A program made the translations under genes and the position numbers. From Schizochytrium sp. TIO01 (lineage: Eukaryota; Protista; Bigyra: Labyrinthulomycetes), in NCBI GenBank assembly GCA_004764695.1, contig SMSO01000037.1, positions 1,340,747-1,404,746 on the forward strand: a stretch of DNA of 64,000 nucleotides, read 5' to 3'. The first letter of the stretch is position 1, and each line of letters starts with the position of its first letter. Below, piece after piece: positions 33,950 through 45,500 of the stretch. The notes under the pieces are model-generated. The model was not told the origin of the DNA. It did no database searches and saw only the letters and a list, made by a program, of their open reading frames with translations.

Positions 33950-36900
33950 TCAACTCAAGTTCACGTTTCGCTTTCGCCTGCCTTCTGCGGTGACACGGAT
34001 ATGTTTTACATTGGAGGAAGGGCCAGGGGCGGCGACAGCGGCAGAACTTACAGCTGCGCTGCTGGCGGCAACAGCACTCCGGCGTTGAGAACTTAGGAAA
34101 CTTCGTCCTGAGTTTGAAGAAGCCACAGAGCGTGCCTGGCTTTCTCTTCGATCGAGGTCATCCTGGAAGGTGTCCTCGTCAACGCCGTCAGAATAATCGT
34201 CGATTTCAGAACCTTCCTCATCTTCATCAGGCATTTCTGGCCACGAGAGTGCTTCGTGACATGCATCGCATACACGCACCGGGGAATCAATGCCAAATTT
34301 AGGAATTGCCATCTTACGGCTGGCACAAGTGCTGCAATGAATTGAATGACAACAACGGCAATGGTGCTTCCGATTCGTAAAAGAGAACACAGATTTGCAA
34401 GTTTCGCATGAGGTGACTTCTGAGTCCTCAACCCACCGAGGTGCTGCTGGAAGCTGCTTCAGCAAAGCGTTTACTAAGAGTGGCAAGGGCCAAGTCTCAC
34501 GTGCCAAAGCAAGAGGTGTAGCACCAGACTTGTCACGGGCATTGGGATCTGCATACCCACGAACAAGAACAGTAACCGCGCGAACATGGCCATAGCGCAC
34601 AGCGCAGTGTAAGGGAGTCACACCATCACTGCCTTCTGCACGAATGGCCTCGTGGCCACCAGGGACGCCCAAGAGAATGGTCAAGAGTCGCGTTGTATTT
34701 TCAATCCGGGCGCGCTGCGCAGGACTTGGATCTTGCAATTGTCGCAAAGCAGCAAAGTCTGTGCGAACTCGCGTAGCTTCCTTGCGAGCTGGGGAATCGG
34801 AAGAGGCGTTGTGGCTACGCTGACCTCCTAGGGCAAAATGCAAAGGCACGTATCCGAGTTTTGTCCTGCCCATGACATCTGCCTTGGCATCAAGTAAGGT
34901 CTCAATAACCTTGCAGGCTCTGCGAAAGAATTCAAACTCAGGGGTCGCACCAACACTTTCTCCATTGTCAGATTCATTTGTAGATTTCACGCTTGCAGAT
35001 GAGGAAACCATGGCCAGTTCGCCACGCACGATTGCATCACATGCCGATGTGCATGCACAATGCAACGGAGTTCGGCTATGAAGGTCCTTGGCGTTTGTAA
35101 TTGTGCGACAGTGCAGGTAGTTATCAATATTTGTTTTGCGGGGAAGTTTGGGGTGGCCACCTGAACGGGTACTTCTTCGGCTACTAACGCTCTGATCGTC
35201 GGCAAATGTAGAAGATTTAGGTGTCGCAGCTCCGCTTGTACTTTGAGTGTCACTATTATTGGCTGCTGCATTACTACCCCCTCTTGTACGTTGAGTTTGA
35301 GCTTCTTCTTGGTCCTCGAGAGCTTCCTCATCAAGTTCCCGTGCCATGTCAAGAATGACTAGGACAACACGGTAATGTGCATTCGATGCAGCCAAATGTA
35401 GAGCAGTGCTACCTTGGTCATACTCTGTAGCCATAATGAGTCCCAATGGGTCTTCGCATTCTTGAAGAACACGAAGAGAGACTTCTGCGTGGCCTTTGCG
35501 TGCGGCGTGGTGAAGAGCGGTCCAGCCGAAACGATCAGGAATCATCACATTGACGGCCGCTTGAAGAAGCTCCACAACTGCGACATGGCCCCGACGACAA
35601 GCTAGATGAAGCGCAGTACAACCATTATTATCTTGCTGATTATGAACTGCATTATTAGCAAGGAGGACGCGGACAACATCAGCATGCCCGCCCTCCGCTG
35701 CGCAGTGGAGTGCACAACGACCACTAGATGGATCACACTCGTTAATATCAGCGCCCGCTTCAACAAGGGCTTCGACATGGCGAGCATTACCAAGGCGAGC
35801 AGCTAGGTTAAGCATAGAATGGTGTTGGAGTTGGTCCCGTTTATCCAAAGAAACTGCGCCACGGCGAGCGCCCAGAATAAGGGTTTCTACAATGCGTGTC
35901 ATGTCTTCTTGGTCTGCCCATGAGGGCTCAAAACCAAGCTCCTCCTTAATGATGCGAGCGATTCGCGCCTCAGCTTGGCCAGCAGTCGATGTCGATGTTT
36001 CTCGACCTAGATTAGATAAATTCTCAGCATCATTAATTGAGTCTTCAGAAGTATCGCCGTTTGGTTTAAATAGGTCCCTTTGGTTGGTATTCTTCTTGGT
36101 CGCTCTACTATCAATGTTGTTACCCTTGTTTCCTGAGTTCTCGTTTCGCGTAGGGCTCCTTGGGGCAGCTGCCCCAACGCTTGCGGCACTGTAAAGGTCA
36201 TCCACGGACTCAGCTTTATTTTTCAGCTTACGGGTTTGGAAGAGGCTTTCACCTGTCGCGGAGAGGTTCTTGCTTAATTGCAAAGCAATTTCCACAGGCA
36301 AAAGGCCAGACAAGGAAGAAGGTGCATCAGGGTCCACTCCACGTGAAATGAGATTGAGGACAATGTCGGACCGCCCGATGACCACAGCATACTCCATAAG
36401 ACGTGGGCTCTCGACAGAACCAGTCACCTCCAGGAGGACCTCAGAGCAAACTGCTGCATCGCATGGCGCTGAAGTGCCGTCTTTCAGGTTGTCAATGCGG
36501 TCATGCATGGCCTCGAAAAGAGCAGCTCGCTTTGCAGGTCGAGCTTCATCAAGCTCGGCGTGTATCATTGCTAAACATGAACGTGCCAGGCGAATATCTA
36601 CACAGCCATCAAGCCTATTCTCATCCACACTCATGGCCTGAGCAGCTCCACGGCCATCAAGCGCAAATTGCAATACGGCAAGAGCTGTGGAATACCACGA
36701 TCCACGTTGGGATCCTCTAGCCTCGCTCACTGTCCGTGAGAGCCATTCGCCTGCAAGAACTTCAAGCAGCTTGATTCCAAAGAGCCTCGCTGCAGCATGC
36801 ACCCTTGCACCAAGATGGACGTTGCCAGCAGGAATTTCGAGGGAATCCGTGTACATGAACCTAATAACCGCTCGCATAACATCGAGATCCAAAATCTCAG

Positions 36901-37321
36901 ATTTTATGTCCGTACGTCCATACCACGCCCCGCCAACCTTAAACCTCTCTCGGAATACTGGTGATCGAAGACTCAGCACAAGCCTATGAGCTGGTATTTG
37001 CTCTAAAGTCCCTACGCCCTGAGAATCTTCAAACCCGTGCAAACGTACATCTGCAAGTTCATGAGAGTTGAAGAGTTTGCGAAGTCCACTTCGCACGTCT
37101 TGCTCCAAAGACCCTGACTCCCCAGGTCGAGGTGAATTAAATCCTCCCATGGCTGAATTCGAGCCCGCAGACGAGCTCTTTCCAGATCCAGCTGTTGCGG
37201 ATAGAATCATGTTTTGCACTCCATCAGACCCGTTCTCATAATTTACGGCTCCTTCATTGTTCTTGTTGGTGATCTCGTCGCCGGCGTCGCCGTTGCTCCT
37301 GTGCTTCTTAGGATCCGTCAT
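33950..37321 (-). CDS. BTB-ankyrin repeat-FYVE protein (rabankyrin-5/ANKFY1-like)
   Basis: BTB (IPAHRLVLSLRSPVF...VIRFMYTD), ankyrin repeats (GRCALHCAA, GCTALHLAC, GWTALHHAA, GVTPLHCAV) and FYVE (WVED...RKHHCR...VRVCDAC). First ATG at 37321; track starts at TTG 37492. Confidence 0.9.
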   Translation of the reverse strand: MTDPKKHRSNGDAGDEITNKNNEGAVNYENGSDGVQNMILSATAGSGKSSSAGSNSAMGGFNSPRPGESGSLEQDVRSGLRKLFNSHELADVRLHGFEDSQGVGTLEQIPAHRLVLSLRSPVFRERFKVGGAWYGRTDIKSEILDLDVMRAVIRFMYTDSLEIPAGNVHLGARVHAAARLFGIKLLEVLAGEWLSRTVSEARGSQRGSWYSTALAVLQFALDGRGAAQAMSVDENRLDGCVDIRLARSCLAMIHAELDEARPAKRAALFEAMHDRIDNLKDGTSAPCDAAVCSEVLLEVTGSVESPRLMEYAVVIGRSDIVLNLISRGVDPDAPSSLSGLLPVEIALQLSKNLSATGESLFQTRKLKNKAESVDDLYSAASVGAAAPRSPTRNENSGNKGNNIDSRATKKNTNQRDLFKPNGDTSEDSINDAENLSNLGRETSTSTAGQAEARIARIIKEELGFEPSWADQEDMTRIVETLILGARRGAVSLDKRDQLQHHSMLNLAARLGNARHVEALVEAGADINECDPSSGRCALHCAAEGGHADVVRVLLANNAVHNQQDNNGCTALHLACRRGHVAVVELLQAAVNVMIPDRFGWTALHHAARKGHAEVSLRVLQECEDPLGLIMATEYDQGSTALHLAASNAHYRVVLVILDMARELDEEALEDQEEAQTQRTRGGSNAAANNSDTQSTSGAATPKSSTFADDQSVSSRRSTRSGGHPKLPRKTNIDNYLHCRTITNAKDLHSRTPLHCACTSACDAIVRGELAMVSSSASVKSTNESDNGESVGATPEFEFFRRACKVIETLLDAKADVMGRTKLGYVPLHFALGGQRSHNASSDSPARKEATRVRTDFAALRQLQDPSPAQRARIENTTRLLTILLGVPGGHEAIRAEGSDGVTPLHCAVRYGHVRAVTVLVRGYADPNARDKSGATPLALARETWPLPLLVNALLKQLPAAPRWVEDSEVTSCETCKSVFSFTNRKHHCRCCHSIHCSTCASRKMAIPKFGIDSPVRVCDACHEALSWPEMPDEDEEGSEIDDYSDGVDEDTFQDDLDRRESQARSVASSNSGRSFLSSQRRSAVAASSAAVSSAAVAAPGPSSNVKHIRVTAEGRRKRNVNLS

Positions 37322-38299
37322 TGGCGCAATGACCACTCCAACCGCCCAGAGGTGGTCCTTGTGAAGTGGCGGCCAGAGAAGGCCCTTCTGCACTGTAAAT
37401 ATTGTCCTGGCAGCAGATCTCGCGTTGATTGTCTGCCAAGACGCGCCTTCAAGGAGAGAGTTTGCCTCCAAACTTGGTTTCGGTGATGTCAATGGATAAT
37501 GAATGATATTGTTGGAAAAAGTATCGGTGTTAAGAGTACTATGTGGACTCTTACAGGGACTTATCTAAGGTTCATTCGCAGCATGGTACGAGGTACTATT
37601 ACTTCCACGAACTGTTGCCCTCGAGGAGCTGGACAATGAAGGCTTGCCGAGGAATTGCCTTATGAGACAGCAGGATACTGGTCTCGAGCCTAGACTAGCT
37701 AAAAACTATAGCGCTTAATGCAATGTTTGGGATTATTTGGGCCAACTATTCTGGATGTGGCATTTGATAACAGATGCTAAAATCTTTGTCGAAGCTCAGG
37801 CTGTGTCTTGTAGAGTTTACGCGAACTATGTACGGGCAATGGTCAGAGATATGGAGCAGCGTATAAAAGTAAACTGGTTAGATAACAGCTCATTTGCTAG
37901 ACATATCTCGGTTTAGATTTAGTCTAGCTTAATTGGTCACATTATGCAGAGAAAGAACTACATTGCTGCAAGCCATCGCAACACAATATTGACAAAATAT
38001 TTTGTTCCATGTTTAATTTTGATAGAAAATCTGAAATTTCAGAAGCATATATTGTCCTGTTCTACATTCTCTCTTTGCGACACTAATAACCAAAGATACG
38101 AATTTGTTTTTGTGAGAGCCTGGTCAATCAATTTGAGTCAACCGATCTATGAAAACAGTGAAAGTCTCTTGAGACAATCCTTGTGAGCTGATGTTGAAGT
38201 CGACGTTTGTGCAGACATGGTCTCCACTCTTGCACTGTGATGGCTATAGTCTGGCGTTTGTAAAATTGCGAGTTCACGATATCAACTATCTCTGCAACC

Positions 38300-40520
38300 G
38301 TGGCGTAATTCTGTGAATACTCCTGGTATTACAAAGTTATTACATGATACATAATCGTTAGCAAAGAGAGACTTCTCCGAAGTCTCCCGTACAGTTACCC
38401 TACTTTGATTTCTTGTGATGCCTAGTTATATGATTAATTGGAGTGGGAGGGAATATAGACGGCATGTCTCTGAGGTGGATGGGATTACTTCATAAAGACA
38501 GAAAAAACGAAGAGAAGAAAGAGCTTTGCACAGTTTATTTAATAAAATTAAGCGCTGCAGATGTTGAAATTCCAACATACTAGGTACTTATCGCCCAGAA
38601 AATATGGCAATAGAGGATCTATGGCAATACTATTCATAGATATTCAGAAAATGTAAATGAGTTACCATATTGAGCGCATCTCAGCTTAAGAGCTTTATTT
38701 AGTGAGACCATACCAGCGTTTCGTGCGTCACCTAAATGTTAAGCAGAGAGCACAAACTAGATGTGCGGATCACAACACCTGTTATCCGATTGATTGTTTT
38801 CGTTGTCATTGTATTCATATAGAGGACAGGCGAGAAAAAATCTTACCCGAACGAGGAGATTCCCTGTAGACATAGCTCCTTGATAGTATTGTTCTTGAGC
38901 AAATCTCTGATGATCTTTTCTCAGGAAAGTCTAGTCATACGAAAGAGGGATGCTCTCGTTCGTTCCTACCAATCGTGTGTATTATTCCAAGTAATACTAT
39001 CGTATTATTGGTCCTGTCACCAAGCAATGTCGATCCCCAAAACTCAGTCTCATCAAGAATTAAAGATACTCCGAGTCCTCCTCAAGGATAGAGTAGTCGC
39101 CACGAAGAGTGATATTGCAGTCTTCTATGTGGAATCCCTCACAAGACTGCAGGGCCTTCACCCCTATCCTTAGACACGCTATACGGACTGAGAGTGGACA
39201 AATGACCTCAGTAAAGGGTGCTTTCTCATCGAGATACCTAAATAGAGCTAGATGCTCTCTATAGTAGGCGCCTAGGTAGCTAGCTATATCGCTAGACATG
39301 GTTGCAATTCTATGTGATACTATAGTACTGATGCAAGTTCCAGGACGTAGGTAGTACTAGTGCGGCCACAGTGGTGGCTGAGCAAAAAGCAAGCCTGTGA
39401 CCCAGCTCGTTCTTCTCTCGTTGGAGGCAAGGATCGGTGGATCATAGCATGATTGGCTCCGCGAAATTTCGAAGGGGGATATTTCGAGGGTGTCAGGACT
39501 TCAACATAGTCCCCGAAGCATTTGGCTGAGGAAATTGAGCACTCAGAATGAAGCGTTGGTACTCGAAATCTTCTGACAAATAGCTAGTAACACCTAATGA
39601 CGACCCGGAGTTCGTTGAGTAGTAGAACGATATGGAATGAGAGGTCAGGCTCGAAATGATAAAGTAATTTCGAGTTGGAATTGCGATTAAGCACAGAGAT
39701 ATTTGTTAGCTTGGTAGACAGTGCTTCGTCACCAGCGCACACCTCCTTCGGGTAGAGCGTTGAGATTCTAATTCGCTCGATTGAGGCAAAGAATTGCAAA
39801 CGGTAGTGTCCTTGCAAGCTTTAAAGTGAGCTAGAGATAGTGTTTAAGCTTGGGAGAGCTAGAGGGAGGGAACCTCGGTAGTATAGCTCGGCTTCACAGA
39901 GAGATTTAGTAAATGTTTGAGCCGGGCACCGCTCTCAACTTCTACTTTTCAAATGTTTAAAAAACTGGGGCATTCATCCAATTGCAGTACCTCGCATCAT
40001 CAGGAGACTTTCGGCATTTTGGGAATGTCACCCAAATTTTGACTTTTAAGTTCGGATACTCATAGTACTTAGTAGTTAGCCTGCAAACGCCAAATCTCGA
40101 CCGTCATAGACTTTCGTTGTGGTGGGCGAGCTTGATTCACAGAACACCGACAATTTCGTGAACTACTTACGCGGTGAAGTTAGGCACGAAGATTCCCACT
40201 CCCGAGAGCACCCATTGCGCGAACTTGTAAATGAACTTTGCTTTTGAAGGCGTCCCATCAAGGCAAAAATAATCGAATGAATATGTGTGCTGTCCAATTA
40301 CCAAAGTCTCAATCCATCACATCCAGTTTCCTTCCATCCATACTGCCTGCTAGATTATTACCCTTATATGTGTATGGTTTTGAAGTCATCGCCTGGGTTA
40401 AAGTTCAGATTTGCAAGTCTTCTTCAAGTCTATATAGTTCGATGGCCTGCTTGGTATCTATCTTAATTGCATAAAGTCGAAGATATAAAGTCATGAATCC
40501 AAGAGCAATCAATTGAGGAG
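38300..40520 (-). pseudogene. Decayed coding-like relic, unknown origin
   Basis: Protein-like minus-strand runs broken by stops (ALGFMTLYLRLYAIKIDTKQAIELYRLEEDLQI*TLT...; ORFs 39584..39817 and 39060..39299). Confidence 0.35.
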
Positions 40521-42522
40521 TCGGAGAGGGAATCAAGATAGGCCTGGAGGGGGGTACAGAGAGATTCTTACAATTCCTGAATAATCAGAGGTGCGTGAGT
40601 ACATACCTACTGAAGTACTTCGTTTCATAACCCCTCACACATAATCATGATAAGCAAATTATAAACGCACACTCCCTGAAAGGGGATATTGTAACACTCC
40701 TTAAAAGCTACAAAACACACAATAATTTATTAAGTTATAAAGTACCCCATCTTACGCGGCACGCGCGAACGAGGGATCGAGCACCTTTTTGCATCTTTCC
40801 TGCTCATACAAGTATAGCACTGCTCTCCTTCTCCCATGCCTCCCTCTTGCGCATTCTGCAGGTGTTGAAGCCGAGTAAATGGAGCCTCAGGCTATGTCCC
40901 AGAGCATGATGGTTCGGGTCGGCCCGGTCCCTCCACAGCCTTGGCCACGCTCCAACGGGCTCGGAGTTGGCCGTTCTCTGCGCACGTGGCTTGGACCTGA
41001 TGGTTTCTAAGCCTCGATGCGGAGCAGCTTTTGGGTTATACTTTCTTTCTCAGTGCACACCCCAAATGAAAATTAGTTTCAATTTTAATTTAATTTTCCG
41101 ACTCTTTGAACTTTCACCTTTCAACTTTCCAAGTCACAAAAGGGGAAAGAAGAGCAAAAAAAGCCAATTGGAGATGGCATTGACACATTTGCGGAGTGGC
41201 TATACATTTAAGCTGGGCAGGACTTGCGATAAGTAAGAAAGCCCCTCTTGTAGAGCTGCAGAGGACGTTTCAAGGCATGGATTGGGTCTTTGGGGTGCGG
41301 CGATGCTTGTGTGACCGAAGAGTTTCGTAACTTTCGTAACTTTCTAAAATTGTTTATTTACATATTTTAAAAGAATAAAACTATTAAAAGTTATTTCTCC
41401 AAAAATGAGGGATCAGTGTGAAGTTGATAAGCCAAAAATCGAAGTAAGGACCTCTTCTGTAGGCAACGTCCGGTGCCCTCCTTTGGAAATATCCACTCGG
41501 CAGTGAAGTTTTTGTCTCCGCACCTCGTTTCTTAACTCTATCCCTTGTTCCCAGGAAACCATCGAAGAAGACCTGAATAGAACTCCGAAGAATCAATTTA
41601 ACCCCTGATTCCCATTTTAATTAAAAGTATTCTATATTTCATTGAATTTTAATTTTAATTTTAATTAAAACAAATACTCCCACTATCGATTTATCCACTT
41701 CAATCTATCTCCAATATCGCGCACTGCGCTGGCATCATTACGACTTAAGCGAGTTTCGAACAGCGATAACCGTCTCCCTCCAAGTCGTGCTCTTCAAGAT
41801 ACCTACTTACCTGCATACATCCATTCATACGTACAAAATACATACATACCGCTTGGTCGCAAGACAGCCAAAGCAATGTAAGCAGGTACACAACTTCTTT
41901 CATTCAAAGCCTTGAAAAGAATGTCTCCAAATAGAAAGAGAGCTGAGAAAGAAGTACATAGGTACCGTTAAGGGACTTCTACAGCAGAACCTTGATCTGG
42001 TGAAAGAATAATGGATGGAAAAAGAAAAACTTTTTCGAAAAGGATGGAAAATGGGATACGAAAAGGAATGCCAAAAAGCAAATACACAACCGCAAGTTGG
42101 CGCACGCCAACTCCTCGCACGGCTTGGTTGCAGCCGAGCTGGGCAGAGCATACGTACATTGGCGGACCCGCTTCCAGACTGCAGGAGGTCTCAGGTCCTA
42201 GCGCAATCGGCAGCCTCGGTCTTCGAGGACCCGGGCTCTGTTCGTCCTGGACTGGGCATCAGGCATTGAAAGTTCATTCGAGGCTGCTCGAACTAAAAAG
42301 AAGAACAAAACTCTTCGAGATACGCGCGCAAAGTTGAGTGCGCCATACAGTCAGATACAGGATTTCTGTGGTGATCCGATACTGTACGCTCGACGTGGAG
42401 TTCGTGGAGCTTGACGACAACTTTGTGGATCTCTGCAGTCCTACATTTTAGCAACCATTCGAGGCGCACATTTGGGCTATACCAAGTGAGGGAAGTAGCG
42501 TGTAGTACCTGGGGTAGGCACA

Positions 42523-45500
42523 ATGGGCTTCTTTAGCATTCGCATCAGCAAAAAATTCTCAACAACGAGAGACCAAATTGAGAAGTTGCAGGCAGCCAAC
42601 AGCGGCAAATTGGTCAAGCCTAAAGGCTGGGTGCGTCGTGAGACGATTGACGGCAAACCGTATTACTTTAACCACTCTGCAATCGCCATCGACGACAGCG
42701 TGCAGTTTGAAAAGCCTGATGCACTCAAGACCCTTGAAGAGCTTGAGAAAACCAGCGGAGAATGGGTCTGGGTACCCCATCCCAGTGATGTTTGGCAGCC
42801 CGCGAAGGTCATGAAGAGGAACAAAGACGGCACTGTCGTGGTACAACCATACAAAGGATCACCCATGACGATTCCTGCAGATGGCGTAATGGAGCCCTGC
42901 CGAGAGACAAGTGGTGTTCGCCAAGAAGTGCCTCTCTGGCCCGTCAACTTTACTGCCCTCGATTTCCTCGAAGACGATGTCATTCAGCTCGATCCTGTTA
43001 ACGAGGCCATGATTCTTCACAACACCAAAACCCGCTATCAGCGTGATCAGATTTATACATGGGTTGGAGCAGGCCGAGCAGTTCTTCTCTCTGTGAACCC
43101 ATATAAAAATATCCCTGGTTTTGATGAAGCCAACATGGACTTTCACAAGACCCAGGAGGACAAGCCTGACAAGTGGATCCCCCCACACGTTTATGCAATT
43201 GCCAATGAAGCGTATGATGCACTCATCGAACACGACCAAGACCAATCTATTCTCATTAGCGGTGACTCCGGTGCCGGCAAAACTGAGAGCACGCGGCATT
43301 GTCTTGAGTTCTTCGCAAAACAGATTGGGAGTGAATCTATGGATCAAGGTGTTGCTGAGAAACTTTTGTATGCAGGACCTCTTCTCGAAGCCTTTGGTAA
43401 CGCTGTAACCATCCGCAACTTCAACTCGAGTCGTTTCGGTCGCTGGGTAGAGGTCACCTTCTCTCGCGAGACTGGCAAAATTACTGGTGCAAAATTCACG
43501 AACTTCATGCTCGAGAAATCCCGCGTAATTGAACACCAAGAGCGCGAGCGTAGCTTCCACATTTTTTATCAAATGCTCGGAAATGAGGAGCTTGTGAGCC
43601 AACTTGATCTGGAAAAGCCCAAAGCATACAAATACCTCAACCATAGCAAGTTGAGCACAGGCGGCCCATTGGCAGGGTATGATGATGCTGGAAAATTTGG
43701 AACTGTCATGCAAGCGCTTCACAACCTTGAGTTTTCTACCGATGAGCAATTGTCAATCTTCCGAATTCTTGCTGGTGTATTGAGTCTTGGTAACATCGAG
43801 TTTGAAGACATGGAAACGGAGTCTCAGGTTACTGGCAGCTCCGTTACCTCACGGGGCGAGCAATGGCTTGCCAAGTCGGCTGACTATTTGCTTATTGACC
43901 CTGAAACATTACGGGAGATCTTGACCTCGCGTACTCTGTCGACAAACGGCGAAGAAATCAAGGTGGTGATGGATGCAATGGCTGCTAAGGACTCTGCTAA
44001 TGCTTTGGCCAAAACCATCTACAACCGTTTGTTCTCCTTCCTCGTATACAATGTTAACGAGTCAATGGCTCCACCTCTGGAGAGCTTTCGTATTGGTATT
44101 CTGGATATCTTTGGCTTTGAAATTCTTGACAAGAATTCTTTTGAGCAACTTCTTATCAACTACTGCAATGAAAAGCTGCAGCAATACTTTAATGAGCACA
44201 CATTTGATGTGGAGGAGAAGTTTTACCGTAGTGAGGGTGTCGACTACAGCTTTCTTAACTACGTAGATAACCAACCTGTTGTGGACCTTTTGGAGGCTAA
44301 GCCAAAGGGAATTCTTCTCATGCTTGATGATGAGGGCGCCCTCGGCAAAGGCTCTGATAAGGGTTGGCTTGGAAAGGTCGAAAAAGAGTACGGTACTCAC
44401 CCAAACTTTGAAACAGACTTCAGGCGCAAGTTTGAGTCTGAGCTCAGCTTTGAAATTCGCCACTATGCCGATGTTGTCAAATATGATGCTTCAGGTTTTG
44501 TCTCCAAGAATAAGGACACTCTTTGGGCAGACTTATACCGTGGCGCAGCCACGTCTGCCGACATGGTCATGGAGCAAATGTTCCCCCCACGCGAATCTCG
44601 CTCCAACATCAAGCCTTTAGCTGCACAGTTCCGCGGCCATGTGAACGGCCTTTTGAAACTCATTCAGGCCACCGATGTACGTTTTATTCGTTGCGTCAAG
44701 CCTAATCCCGATATGCAAGCTGGCATTTTCGAGGCACGTCTTGTAGCGCAGCAGCTTCGATACAGTGGTGTCTTCGAGACTATTGATATTCGCAAGGGTG
44801 GTTACCCATTCCGTCTCACGCACAAGCAGTTTGCTTTCCGTTATGCGTGCATTAATGTCGGCTTTAAGTACCCTAAGTTTTCTGGCTCTGAGGAGCACCG
44901 CAACTTGTGCGCAGAGATCCTGAACAACTTTCAAAACGAGTTGGTTCGCGATAATGCTCAGCTTGGTAACAGCATGGTTTTGTACCGTGTCGAAGTGCAC
45001 AAACCTCTCGAGTTGGCGCGTGATCTTGCCATCGAAATCACGCTGCCCCGTGTTCAGGCCTTCATTCGTGGATCCCTTGGTCGCAACTATGCTAACCAGC
45101 TGCGAATCGCGGAGGATACACTGAAGACCGCTCTTGACTTGGGCAATGACGTTGAAATGGTACGAAAGGGTTTTGAACAAGTCCATGAGGTAAAGGAGTG
45201 GCTCAAGCCAAACCTTTCTTTCCTTCCGGCCTACCCCATGGAGCTTTACAATCAGGGAAAACATCTTGAGTCTCGATTGGTCGCTTATGAAGCTTTGGAA
45301 GCAGAAATGCACGAAGCCGCCGATGATAAATCTCCTGAGGATGTTGATGTTGCCCTCTATAAGCATCTTATTGATCTTTGTGAGCGTGCCGATGGAGAAA
45401 TGGCTGACGTGGTTCGCACAGATGCTCAGCAGGAACTCTATGATCATTGCAAAGATCTCATCACGGAGTCGCCCCCCGGCAAACTCGATGCGGATGCTGC

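Noticed and set aside
39060-39817. DIRS/Ngaro retrotransposon RT-RNase H
   Set aside because: Only faint motif resemblance; no intact YxDD, recombinase or terminal repeats seen.
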